Shown one piece after another: positions 38,300 to 47,264 of a stretch of DNA of 64,000 bases (positions are counted from its first letter, which is position 1; each line of letters opens with the position of its first letter). A program made the position numbers and the translations under genes. The notes below the pieces were generated by a model. It saw only the letters and a list, made by a program, of their open reading frames with translations. It ran no database searches and had not been told where the DNA came from. The DNA is from a bacterium. GTDB lineage: Bacteria > UBA10199 > JADFYH01. Where the stretch lies: assembly GCA_046346885.1 (NCBI GenBank), contig JAXMHI010000001.1, positions 291,390 to 355,389 of the forward strand, given 5' to 3'.

Positions 38300-39940
38300 T
38301 TAAAAGAAAACTCCGGCTCCCAGGGAAATGGTGTTTTGACTTTGCGCGGGTCCCGATGCCGACTGGAAGAAAGGGGTGCTCGATTGATCGCGGCGATATT
38401 CCGCCCGGAGCCGCATCCAACGCCAAGGCTGGACGTGCAAATCGGTTGAAAATTCCCACATCGTTTGCGGGATCCCCGTCCTCACCCCGCCCGGATCGGC
38501 GAACACCTCTCCCCGGGCCGAAATTCCGACGTATTCATTGAAGTTCAAGCGGCCGAAGAGGGCGAAAGAGTGGTAATCGAAATCCCCTTGATGCCCGAAG
38601 ATGTAATCCGCGCCCAAGTTGACTCGGCTTTGGATGTTGTTGAGCGAACAGTTGGACTGATAGGGAATGCACGCCAAGGCCTGTAGGTTGAGGGCGGAGA
38701 AGTCCTTCCCGCCTTCGTTGCCCACAAATCCGGTGACGGAGGTGGAAAAGAGACGTGGGAAATTGAGGGCGAAAGTGGCGAATCCCCCGTGTCCCGATTG
38801 TGGCCCCATTAAATGTTCCCAATCGTGGAGGCTTCCGGCACTGAGCATCACGTGATCGGTGAATGGGATTTGCAGCCGCACCCCTCCGAAACTGAGCGGA
38901 TAGCCGAAGTGAAATTGTTGGGAATGAGTGATTTCATTATTATTGGGCGACTCATGCTCTTCCAAGCCGATCGTGGTGAAATAAATGCCATCGGCGGTGG
39001 CCAACGCCTGGTTGGCCATAAATACTTTCCCGCCCTGCACTAGCACGCCGCGTCCGATCGGGAGACGGAGATGGAAAAAGGCTTCTTCGAATTCAAAATA
39101 GGGCCCGTTCATCACCTCTTGCGAGGCGGGGTCCGATCCCGTGCCGACGCCAACGGCCATATTGATCCCGAAGCCGAAAGAGGTTTGCGAATCGGAGGGG
39201 CGCTGCAAGTTCAAGCGGCCTTCCAACATACGCATGCTCCGGTCTTGCGAGGCGGCGGGGTTTAAGTTGAATCCGAAGTCGCTGAAGATCAGGCCGTGAG
39301 GATATTGGATGCCATGGATAAAGGATTCTAACGGCGGAGAATTGGGGAACCGGGCGCCCACCCAGTCGACGAAGCGCGCTAGGTCGAGGGATACACCGAG
39401 ATGGTAACCGACGGGACTATACCCGATGGGGGCGTCGGCGGGGGAATTTCCCGTCACTTGGACTCCCCATCCTGGTTCGATGCCCCCGGTTAACACCAAT
39501 ATTCCCCGTCCCAATGTGAATCCGCCGCCGAAGATAAAGGTGGGAGCGATTTGGTTGTCTAGATTTCGGGTAGGGCCGCGCGCTAAGTCTAAATCGGAGG
39601 AGTGGTAGAAGTTGACTCCCATTCCGATATAAAGGAGCGTGCTTAGAAAGTTCGGGACGAGATGAAACTCATAACCGGCTTCAAGGCCGAATTGGGTGAC
39701 GTCTAAGTGGCTGGGAGACCAAGTGGAGCTCGTTAAATGCGAAAGCCGAAAAAGGCCGTTCAGGGATAAACTGTGACGATCCGCTACGCGAAAAGATTGT
39801 CCCAGCCGTGCTTCCATATGGGGCCCCGCATAAGCGGGCGCTCCTTGTCCCCAATTAAGGGAAGTGTAACCTCCGCCCGCTTGTAACTGGTAGTTGGGAT
39901 AGGAAGGAGGGGGAGAAGATTGGGAAACCGGCGGCGTCAT
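38300..39940 (-). CDS. Tandem outer-membrane beta-barrel protein (small barrel + BBP2/DUF1597-like porin), no evident signal peptide
   Basis: Alternating amphipathic strands; C-terminal R.E.F.D.GG.RTG...RAEYR.D.S motif and terminal Phe. Start ATG 39940 with AAGGAA RBS. Confidence 0.7.
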   Translation of the reverse strand: MTPPVSQSSPPPSYPNYQLQAGGGYTSLNWGQGAPAYAGPHMEARLGQSFRVADRHSLSLNGLFRLSHLTSSTWSPSHLDVTQFGLEAGYEFHLVPNFLSTLLYIGMGVNFYHSSDLDLARGPTRNLDNQIAPTFIFGGGFTLGRGILVLTGGIEPGWGVQVTGNSPADAPIGYSPVGYHLGVSLDLARFVDWVGARFPNSPPLESFIHGIQYPHGLIFSDFGFNLNPAASQDRSMRMLEGRLNLQRPSDSQTSFGFGINMAVGVGTGSDPASQEVMNGPYFEFEEAFFHLRLPIGRGVLVQGGKVFMANQALATADGIYFTTIGLEEHESPNNNEITHSQQFHFGYPLSFGGVRLQIPFTDHVMLSAGSLHDWEHLMGPQSGHGGFATFALNFPRLFSTSVTGFVGNEGGKDFSALNLQALACIPYQSNCSLNNIQSRVNLGADYIFGHQGDFDYHSFALFGRLNFNEYVGISARGEVFADPGGVRTGIPQTMWEFSTDLHVQPWRWMRLRAEYRRDQSSTPFFQSASGPAQSQNTISLGAGVFF

Positions 39941-39954
39941 TAAAAAAGTTCCTT

Positions 39955-40167
39955 TTAGTGGGCCCATTCCGCACGGAATTCTTCCTCGTGCGGCAAAACA
40001 CCTTCGAACTCGGAGAGTGCTTCCATCCCCGCCTGAAGAAAGATGCGAAATTGATCGAGATTCAAAATTACGGTGGTTTGCCCGAAACGCAGGTGCACGT
40101 GACCGTTGGCGCAAATGGCGACCGATCCGGTTTTTTGGGAAACCTCTTGGGGTAATGCCTCTTTCAT
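39955..40167 (-). CDS. Small protein, 70 aa, with C-x-x-G-H-V-H motif
   Basis: AAGGAG RBS; first gene after the Fur-like boxes. Confidence 0.7.
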   Translation of the reverse strand: MKEALPQEVSQKTGSVAICANGHVHLRFGQTTVILNLDQFRIFLQAGMEALSEFEGVLPHEEEFRAEWAH

Positions 40168-40201
40168 GAATGACTCCTTCGATAGCCGTTAAAGCTCAGC
40201 A

Positions 40202-40234
40202 TTAATTAAATGAAAGTCACTTTCATTTAATTAA
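40202..40234. promoter_or_regulatory. Perfect 33-bp palindrome, Fur-like operator over the -10 region
   Basis: TTAATTAAATGAAAGT-C-ACTTTCATTTAATTAA; minus-strand TTGACA at 40251-40256. Confidence 0.75.
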
Positions 40235-40259
40235 AGAAGAATATCTTGTTTGTCAAATG

Positions 40260-40282
40260 AAAATGAAAGTCGTTTTCATTTT
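40260..40282. promoter_or_regulatory. Fur-like operator
   Basis: AAAATGAAA-GTCGT-TTTCATTTT. Confidence 0.7.
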
Positions 40283-40368
40283 GAATGGAATTCTCGTCGT
40301 TGTTGGATTACAAGGGGAAAAGAGGGGGCGTTTTTAAAGCTGCCTTTAAAGAAAAGGGGTTTCGGAAG

Positions 40369-41010
40369 GTGACTCCACCCTTAAGACAACGGGAAGAAAC
40401 GGCGTTTTTCCTCAGTCAAACTACTCTAGAGTTAGAAGGTATTCCTCCACGATTACCCCCAGCTTCCTCTCGGGAGAGTGGGGGGCAATATGTGGGTATT
40501 CGCAATGGTGAATCGGTGTTCAGCCGCGTTGCCTCCTATTCTTCGCGCTCTATTTCCGTAACAGAATTTGCCATGGAAATGCTGTTGGGAGTCCCCCGGG
40601 GAGTCGGGCAAATGTGGAGTGAGGCTAAAGAGCATCCCGGGATTGTGGCGGGGGTTGTCGGATCGATATTGTTCGTTTCCCATATTCTCCCGACCTCGGA
40701 CTCCCGATGGTTTTCCACGGGTCTTCTGCTCGTCGGTTCGGGTATATCCGGAGTTTTCGTGGGAAAAGGCCTCGCTCAAGGCGTTGATGCTTGGTGCCGT
40801 AATGATCGCACATGCCTTCGAGCGGCTTCCGTGGATTTTGGGGTAGGGGTAGTGAGTTTCACCTTATCGGTCGCGGGGGTTAAGTTGGGGCAACGCTTTT
40901 CCGATACCGCCATGGCTCATCGCTTCGGATTAATGGGAAACCTCCTCCATAGCACCGATGAAATCGCGGCGGCCCTCTCTTTGAGTCGAGGTGCCAATAG
41001 TGTGAAATAA
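40369..41010 (+). CDS. Hypothetical membrane protein with Gly-rich hydrophobic helices
   Basis: ORF 40285-41010; GTG 40369 (MTPPLR) is the inferred start; three hydrophobic segments; ends at the terminator. Confidence 0.55.
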   Translation: MTPPLRQREETAFFLSQTTLELEGIPPRLPPASSRESGGQYVGIRNGESVFSRVASYSSRSISVTEFAMEMLLGVPRGVGQMWSEAKEHPGIVAGVVGSILFVSHILPTSDSRWFSTGLLLVGSGISGVFVGKGLAQGVDAWCRNDRTCLRAASVDFGVGVVSFTLSVAGVKLGQRFSDTAMAHRFGLMGNLLHSTDEIAAALSLSRGANSVK

Positions 41011-41040
41011 AAAAGCCCATCTCGCAAGATGGGCTTTTTT
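41009..41040. terminator. Bidirectional intrinsic terminator
   Basis: AAAAAAGCCCATCT-CGCA-AGATGGGCTTTTTT. Confidence 0.9.
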
Positions 41041-41064
41041 AAGAATCCTTAGATCTTCTTCGAT

Positions 41065-42756
41065 TTAATTATAGTCCTCATTAAGAGCCCTCAAAAAGGC
41101 CGTCACGGATTGAATGTCTTGTTCCGTCAGCGCCAATCCTTGGAGTTCTGCGGGAGGATTTACCATCTGACCCGCACGGCTTAAGTTAGAGAACTGGATG
41201 TAGTGACGGATCACGTCTTCCAAACCGTCTTTCTCACCATTGTGCATATAGGGCCCCGAGTGGCCTAAATCCCGAAGCCCCGGTGTTTTGAAAAGACCGA
41301 TGGTGAGCGGAAGTAGATTGTCAGGCGTACAATCCGCGACCAAGTTTCCGAACATTTGGCAAAGAAGCTGATTCAAGCTCGCTTGGGAGACGGGAGCGTC
41401 CGCGTTGGCGTAGCGGTTCCAAAGGCCTAAATCAGTATGCCCGGGTTTGTCGAAGGAAGGGACATCGACAAAGATACCGGAGGCATTGGGGTGTTGGGAG
41501 GAAGCGGGTAGGTAAGCATCCGGATTCGCTTGACGGTCTGCTAGCGTCGGAATCGAAAGAGCCGCGAATTTTCCGGTTCCATGGATGAAGTCGTATTCTT
41601 CCTGGGCGACGCCTGTATTGTGAAACTTAAAGTCGCTGAAGCTGGGAGGTGCGTGGCAGGCGATGCAGTTTCCGACTTTTCCCTGTGCAAGCGTGGCCGG
41701 GGGAAGCGGAGTTCCTGTGGGTTCCCGAAGGAAAGTTTTGAGCCCTTCCAATTCTTGGGGACCGAAAATAAATTCTTGGGTATGAAACTGGAAGGCACCG
41801 TCCGAAGCACTCACGAATTGAGGGTTGGAGAGGCTGTTTACGAGTTGCGACAAGCGCCGACCATATTGAAGATTCGATTCGCCGGGGTCGGGTTGCGCGG
41901 GTAGGTTATTTTTCTTGAGAAAGACGTCGTAGGGAGAACCGTTGAACTCCCCATTTTCTCCTTGCGAGAAAATAAGGGATTTCACGTAAGCGCCGACGAG
42001 CCTGGAGACGGCGGCGACGATTTCTTCATTGCTCGCTTGAGCGACGTCGATGCGAAACTCCGGTGGGATCAGGAATTCGTGGGGGATTCCTAAATCTTTC
42101 CCTAATAAAATGGTTTGATAGGAGAGCCCGCCGGTGGTCGCCGCGAGGGCTCCGGTCCCGTCGTCGAAGCGGACTACGTCCGCAATATGCTGAAGGGCCT
42201 GATTTTCTTCGTTCGGCAGCCAACCGTAATTTCTTCCGGTAAGCGTCGCATGGACCAAATCTTCAATGGTGCTGAATTCACCGTCGAAATGGAGGAAGAG
42301 ATCCCCGGAATGGGCCAACGTGGAGTTTACAAGCGGAGGGGAGTTGCGGGGAGTCATGATTTTTCCGTCTTCCCGCTCTGGGATCGGACTTCGGCGGGCA
42401 AAATCATCATAGGTTCGCATGCCTCCGCCCATGACGCTCAATTGCTCATCCACTAAATGGCAGGCACGGCAATTCATCGATTGGCCCTTAAAAGGTCCAG
42501 GAAGAATCCCGTTTATGGTTTGGGTGGTGTCCATCACGGGATCCCCTTGGGCAAGGGGAGCGTTGAAGTTACCGGAGGAATGGGTTTTGAAAAATTGAGC
42601 AAAACGCGTTTCGATGAAAAGGCGTTCTCCAATCACCACCTCAGGCGGGTCTCCCTCGCTTTCTTCGCCTCCTCCCGTATTTTGAACGCTGCTAATGCAG
42701 GCCGAAAGTAGCAGACAACAGATCAAGACGAAAAAGAGACGGGGGATAAGCTTCAT
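41065..42756 (-). CDS. Di-heme cytochrome c peroxidase/MauG-family lipoprotein
   Basis: Lipobox LSAC; CRACH and CIACH; RNSPPL; FKTPGLRDL..SGPYMHNG. Confidence 0.88.
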   Translation of the reverse strand: MKLIPRLFFVLICCLLLSACISSVQNTGGGEESEGDPPEVVIGERLFIETRFAQFFKTHSSGNFNAPLAQGDPVMDTTQTINGILPGPFKGQSMNCRACHLVDEQLSVMGGGMRTYDDFARRSPIPEREDGKIMTPRNSPPLVNSTLAHSGDLFLHFDGEFSTIEDLVHATLTGRNYGWLPNEENQALQHIADVVRFDDGTGALAATTGGLSYQTILLGKDLGIPHEFLIPPEFRIDVAQASNEEIVAAVSRLVGAYVKSLIFSQGENGEFNGSPYDVFLKKNNLPAQPDPGESNLQYGRRLSQLVNSLSNPQFVSASDGAFQFHTQEFIFGPQELEGLKTFLREPTGTPLPPATLAQGKVGNCIACHAPPSFSDFKFHNTGVAQEEYDFIHGTGKFAALSIPTLADRQANPDAYLPASSQHPNASGIFVDVPSFDKPGHTDLGLWNRYANADAPVSQASLNQLLCQMFGNLVADCTPDNLLPLTIGLFKTPGLRDLGHSGPYMHNGEKDGLEDVIRHYIQFSNLSRAGQMVNPPAELQGLALTEQDIQSVTAFLRALNEDYN

Positions 42757-42832
42757 AGTTTTTCCTTAAAAAGTGGATAGGTTTTTTTGAAACAAAGGTT
42801 CGTTATCGGGAAATTGTCTTCTTTGTCAACTG

Positions 42833-42855
42833 AAAATGAAAGTCGTTTTCATTTT
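42833..42855. promoter_or_regulatory. Fur-like operator between divergent promoters
   Basis: AAAATGAAA-GTCGT-TTTCATTTT, flanked by TTGACA (minus, 42824-42829) and TTGACT (plus, 42859-42864). Confidence 0.7.
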
Positions 42856-42945
42856 TTTCTTGACTCATCCCGCTTTGTTCGGCTAGCAGCGATCTTTCTT
42901 CAAGGATTGTGATTTGTGAAATTTAAGGATGAAACGGAGGATTTT

Positions 42946-44466
42946 ATGCGTAAAGCAATGTGGGGAATGTGTTTGATGCTCTTGGTTTCAACGCCCTGTG
43001 TAGGGGCTATCTGCAAGGAAAAGGGCCCAGAACTTAAGTTCGATACGAAGGAAACCGAAGCCGCGGAAAGCCAGCCTGCACAGGTTAAAAAGGATTTCGT
43101 GTACGGAGAAAAACCCGTCGCAAAATTCGGGAATGATCAAAACTATTTCAAATTGGGCGGTTACGGCTCGATTGTCTATGAACATGATTCAGGCAAGGAT
43201 TTGAATGATACCTTTACTTTCCGTCGTTTCGTTCTCACCACTGATGCGAAGATTGCTTCCCGTTTCCGCATTTATTCGGAGCTCGAATTCGAACGCTTCA
43301 GGAAAATCGAGCTCGAAAAGAAGTTGGTGGCTGCTCCCGGAGGAGGTTTGACGGTTGCGCAAGCCATTGAAGGTACCAATAATTCTGAAATTTCGTTGGA
43401 ACAAGCGTGGTTTGAGATCGATTTTAAAAATTGGCTTAGGTTTAGAGGCGGTGCGGTGCTCGTTCCCTTAGGTCGTTTTAACATCAACCACGACGATAAC
43501 CAATGGAACATCGCGCGACGTCCCTTAGTCGATTGGGGTGTTCCCGTCATGCCTACCACGGCTGCGTGGGATGAGTTGGGATTAGGATTTAACGGGGACG
43601 TTGAAATCGGTGAGAAGTCGAAATTCGCTTATCAGTTTTACGTCGTGAACGGAGCCGTTTTTGATCCGCAATTGGAGCATTCGATTCAGACGCGTGTGGG
43701 AGATACCACAAAATCGGAAACGGAGGCGGAGTTCAAGGTTTCCACTGGGACCTTCTCACGAGACGTGAAGAATGCAAAAACGATTACCGGAAGAATCATG
43801 TATAGCCCCTCTTTAGGCCATGAGTTCGGCCTTTCCGGATATTGGGGGCGTTATACACCCGACTTTTTGGTTGGCAAGAACATCACCTCCTTTGCTTTCG
43901 ACACCCTTCAAACCTTTGGAAATTTTGACATCGAGGCAGAATATATGTTCACCCGATTGGGGGGGCTTCGAGGTGTGATTGATAGTTTTGCGAAAACCGT
44001 CATTACACAAGAATCTGAAGTGGAGGGGGACGCGGTTCCTCCCGGAGTGGAACATGAAATAGGGTTTAAACCCACTAACCTTGCTGCCACCCGTCACGGT
44101 TATTGGGTGGAACTGCGCTACCACTGGCGCCCGAAATGGATGACAGAATCTTGGCTCGGAAAACATTTCTCCGATCCCCAACTGATCCCTGTCCTCCGTT
44201 GGGAACAAGTTTTCTTGCGAGATCGCCTGGTGGACGTGCAGATCCAAAACAGCGCGGTTACTAAATACCAGACCGAAAACAACCGGATCGACCGTTTAAC
44301 CGCGGGTCTTGCGTTCCGCTTAAATCCCTTGGCCGTGTTTCAGTTGGCCTATGAATTTACCCAAACGAACGGGGGGAGGGCCTTGGCCGACGTGATGACC
44401 AACGACATTCCGACCTCCAGCAGCCGGAACCACGCGGTTCTTTTTGGGGCGGCGTTCGGGTTCTAA
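42946..44466 (+). CDS. Outer-membrane porin-like protein (OprO/P-like)
   Basis: GGAGG RBS, signal peptide, LEQAW..I....L.FRGG.VLVP.G..N, amphipathic strands, terminal F. Confidence 0.8.
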   Translation: MRKAMWGMCLMLLVSTPCVGAICKEKGPELKFDTKETEAAESQPAQVKKDFVYGEKPVAKFGNDQNYFKLGGYGSIVYEHDSGKDLNDTFTFRRFVLTTDAKIASRFRIYSELEFERFRKIELEKKLVAAPGGGLTVAQAIEGTNNSEISLEQAWFEIDFKNWLRFRGGAVLVPLGRFNINHDDNQWNIARRPLVDWGVPVMPTTAAWDELGLGFNGDVEIGEKSKFAYQFYVVNGAVFDPQLEHSIQTRVGDTTKSETEAEFKVSTGTFSRDVKNAKTITGRIMYSPSLGHEFGLSGYWGRYTPDFLVGKNITSFAFDTLQTFGNFDIEAEYMFTRLGGLRGVIDSFAKTVITQESEVEGDAVPPGVEHEIGFKPTNLAATRHGYWVELRYHWRPKWMTESWLGKHFSDPQLIPVLRWEQVFLRDRLVDVQIQNSAVTKYQTENNRIDRLTAGLAFRLNPLAVFQLAYEFTQTNGGRALADVMTNDIPTSSSRNHAVLFGAAFGF

Positions 44467-44612
44467 AACTTTCTTCTGAAAGTAAGCGTTGAGGAAATAA
44501 CGTTTCCCCTCCTTCAACAACGCGTACTTTCTCCTCAGATGCGACCCTCCGCTTTTTCTTGAATTTGGTCGGGCAAAAGTGAGAGGGTCGCTTTATTTTT
44601 ATGGGTTTGAAA

Positions 44613-45164
44613 ATGATGAAAAAGCTTTCCATTCCTTTTTTCCTTCTTTTCGCTTTGTTTTTCAGCCAACTGGCGCATGCCCAGACGACCGTGTTTCTGA
44701 AGCCGGACGAGGCACTGAAGATGCTCTTCAAGGATTCTCAAGAGGTAATTAAGGAAGACCACGCCGTTACCCCGGCCATTGCTGAAAAGGCGAAGAAATT
44801 ATTGGGCTACGATCTTCCCAAAGAGGCGTACTCGTTTTACTTGGGCAGGACCAGCGGTAAAGTTGACGGCTATGCAGTGATCGACGATGAGGTGGGGAAG
44901 GTGCTTCCCATTACTTTTGTCAGCCGGATCAATCCCGATGGCAAGGTGGCCCAGGTCGAGATCATGGTTTATCGCGAAAGTCACGGAGGAGAAGTGGCGA
45001 CGAAACGCTTCCTCAACCAATTCCGCGAGAAGTCTTTTAACGACGAAATCCGGTTGCACGGCAACATCGTCAACGTGACGGGGGCCACGCTTTCCTCGCA
45101 GGCCTTGGTCAAAGGAGTGCGCCGGGTCCTCGTTTTGTGGCAGCTTTTTTATGGGAAAAATTAG
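44613..45164 (+). CDS. Exported FMN-binding domain protein (flavinylation substrate)
   Basis: Signal peptide ending AHA; GK...ITF, MVYRESHGGEV; TGAT flavinylation motif at 45078-45089. Confidence 0.85.
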   Translation: MMKKLSIPFFLLFALFFSQLAHAQTTVFLKPDEALKMLFKDSQEVIKEDHAVTPAIAEKAKKLLGYDLPKEAYSFYLGRTSGKVDGYAVIDDEVGKVLPITFVSRINPDGKVAQVEIMVYRESHGGEVATKRFLNQFREKSFNDEIRLHGNIVNVTGATLSSQALVKGVRRVLVLWQLFYGKN

Positions 45165-45630
45165 GCTTAAAGATATAGATTCTCCCTTTAAGTGGGCCCT
45201 TACCGCCTTCTTCTTTTTGTTGTCTTTGGGTTTTGCGATGGCGGTATTTCAGAGCTACGAGCGCTACGGGTTAAGCCATGAGAAAACGATTCATTACTAC
45301 CTGGGAAACCCGGAAGAGGGGGATGCGATGCCCAAGCCCCTTTCTTATCTGGTTCCCACCACCCACGTTCATAGTTTCACCATGCCGCTTGTTTTCATGG
45401 CGGCCTGGATCGCACTACAGGGGGTGCCCCTCCGCTCTCGCACGAAAAAATGGATGATTTTGGGCGGTACCTTCTCGGTCCTCATCTATAACGCGGCGCC
45501 ATATTTAGTGCGTTATATGTGGCCAAAGGCGGTCCTTCTTTTCACGGTCGGGGGGACCGGCCTTTTCCTCTTCTTTTTTTGGCCCACTCTTCTCATTCTT
45601 TACGAAACTTGGATCGGTTTTAAAGATTAG
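45151..45630 (+). CDS. Small polytopic membrane protein with THVH motif
   Basis: Four hydrophobic segments; overlaps the upstream stop. Confidence 0.75.
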   Translation: MGKIRLKDIDSPFKWALTAFFFLLSLGFAMAVFQSYERYGLSHEKTIHYYLGNPEEGDAMPKPLSYLVPTTHVHSFTMPLVFMAAWIALQGVPLRSRTKKWMILGGTFSVLIYNAAPYLVRYMWPKAVLLFTVGGTGLFLFFFWPTLLILYETWIGFKD

Positions 45631-45720
45631 CTCTTCCTTTCCCATCTCCACGCATTCATTGCTTTATTCATCGTTCAATTTTTGCTACGAAGAAGGCGTT
45701 CATATTTTGAGGAGATCTTC

Positions 45721-46920
45721 ATGATGCGTCGCTTGATTCAGTCCTTTTTCACGTTTGTTTTCCTTTTACTTCCTGCGTCCGCGTTCACTCAGAACCTGCC
45801 CGCCTGGGGCTCGCAAGTGACGCAATGGATTCAGAACGGCGGGGTATACGCGGAAGGCGCCAATGGTAAGACTCTCTTCGATTATCAGGGGAATACTTCC
45901 TTCATGCCGGCCTCCACGTTGAAACTCGTGACGGGGCTCGCTTCTTTAGAGCTTCTAGGAAAAGATTATCGGTTCAAGACCGATTTTTATATGGATCATG
46001 CCGGCAATCTTTACGTGAAAGGGTATGGGGATCCCTATCTCGTTTCGGAAGAGCTCGATCAGATCTCCGGTTTGCTCAAGAGCAAGGGCGTCAAGAACGT
46101 GGCGGCGATTATCCTCGATCCCAGTTATTTCGAGGAGATCAAGGTGCCCGGCGTTTCGGCCTCCCTCAACCCTTACGATGCCCTGAATTCCGCCCTGTCC
46201 GCCAATTTCAACACGATCTTCGTGAATAAAAAAGGGGCCCAAGTGGAATCGGCCGAGGCCCAAACTCCCATGACCGACCTTACCCGAACCTTGGCGGAGA
46301 AGGCGCCCCAAGGGAAAAGCCGCATTAATTTGGCGGCCCATCCCGATGAGTCCCTCCTTTATGTGGGACATCTCCTCAAAGCTTTCTTGGAAGTTCAAGG
46401 GATTAAGGTGAGCGGCCCCGTCCAAAAGGGATTGGTGAAGGGAGATGCTCGTCTCATCTATCAGCACGTTTCTTCCAAATCTTTGGAGCAAGTGGTGCAG
46501 GCGATGATGAAGTATTCCACCAATTTCATCGCCAACCAGCTTTTCCTTACGATCGGGGCCGAAAAAATGGGTCCTCCGGCGAGCCTTGCAAAAGGCAAGA
46601 AAGTGGTAACCGAATTTTTGAAGACAAAACTTAATTTGACGGATTTCAATATCGAAGAGGGCTCGGGCATTTCCCGACAAAATAAGATCACGCCTTACCA
46701 ATTGGTGAAAGTGCTTCGGGCCTTCGAGAAGTATAAGAACCTGCTTCCCGAGAAATTGGACAACATTCTGGCGAAGACGGGAACCTTGAACGGAGTCTCT
46801 TGTTTGGCGGGTTTTTTCAACTCGGGCCCCCATCAAGAAGTGCGATTTTCCATTTTATTGAATCAAAACCAAGGAAACCGTGAGAAGGTTGCAAGGGCCC
46901 TTTATGACAACCTTCATTGA
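45721..46920 (+). CDS. dacB: D-alanyl-D-alanine carboxypeptidase/endopeptidase (PBP4, S13)
   Basis: PASTLK (SxxK), STN (SxN), KTG; GYGDP; signal peptide; GAGGAG RBS. Confidence 0.9.
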   Translation: MMRRLIQSFFTFVFLLLPASAFTQNLPAWGSQVTQWIQNGGVYAEGANGKTLFDYQGNTSFMPASTLKLVTGLASLELLGKDYRFKTDFYMDHAGNLYVKGYGDPYLVSEELDQISGLLKSKGVKNVAAIILDPSYFEEIKVPGVSASLNPYDALNSALSANFNTIFVNKKGAQVESAEAQTPMTDLTRTLAEKAPQGKSRINLAAHPDESLLYVGHLLKAFLEVQGIKVSGPVQKGLVKGDARLIYQHVSSKSLEQVVQAMMKYSTNFIANQLFLTIGAEKMGPPASLAKGKKVVTEFLKTKLNLTDFNIEEGSGISRQNKITPYQLVKVLRAFEKYKNLLPEKLDNILAKTGTLNGVSCLAGFFNSGPHQEVRFSILLNQNQGNREKVARALYDNLH

Positions 46921-47186
46921 CAAAGGTTTTGGCCCCCTTGAAGGGGTTGTTGGTCCAGGAAGGCCTTCACTTCTTTTGATAAGATGCCCTCTTTGAAGAA
47001 AACGGGACAAAAACTTTTGGCGAATGCAATACATTCACCGGGGCCGTTTGCCAGTTGGGTGCGAGTTTCCGAGTTTCGGCAGGGCATTTGGGGTTGGCAA
47101 GTACGTTGGATGAGGGCTGTGCAAAGACCGGCCCAACTATTGCCAGCGTAAAAGGTGAAAGCCAAAATCAGAAGAATTCGTTTCAT
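46914..47186 (-). CDS. Small secreted Cys-rich protein
   Basis: Signal peptide ending SWA; six Cys in about 70 mature residues. Confidence 0.7.
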   Translation of the reverse strand: MKRILLILAFTFYAGNSWAGLCTALIQRTCQPQMPCRNSETRTQLANGPGECIAFAKSFCPVFFKEGILSKEVKAFLDQQPLQGGQNLCQ

Positions 47187-47264
47187 AAGAGTTGAGAGTT
47201 TACAACGAGCTAAACGCTTTACGAAGTGATAAGTTTTGTCAATCGACTTTTTAGGGAGGATTTC

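Noticed and set aside
39941-40114. N-terminal extension of the beta-barrel ORF
   Set aside because: It overlaps the 70-aa gene in another frame, has no signal features, and an RBS precedes ATG 39940.
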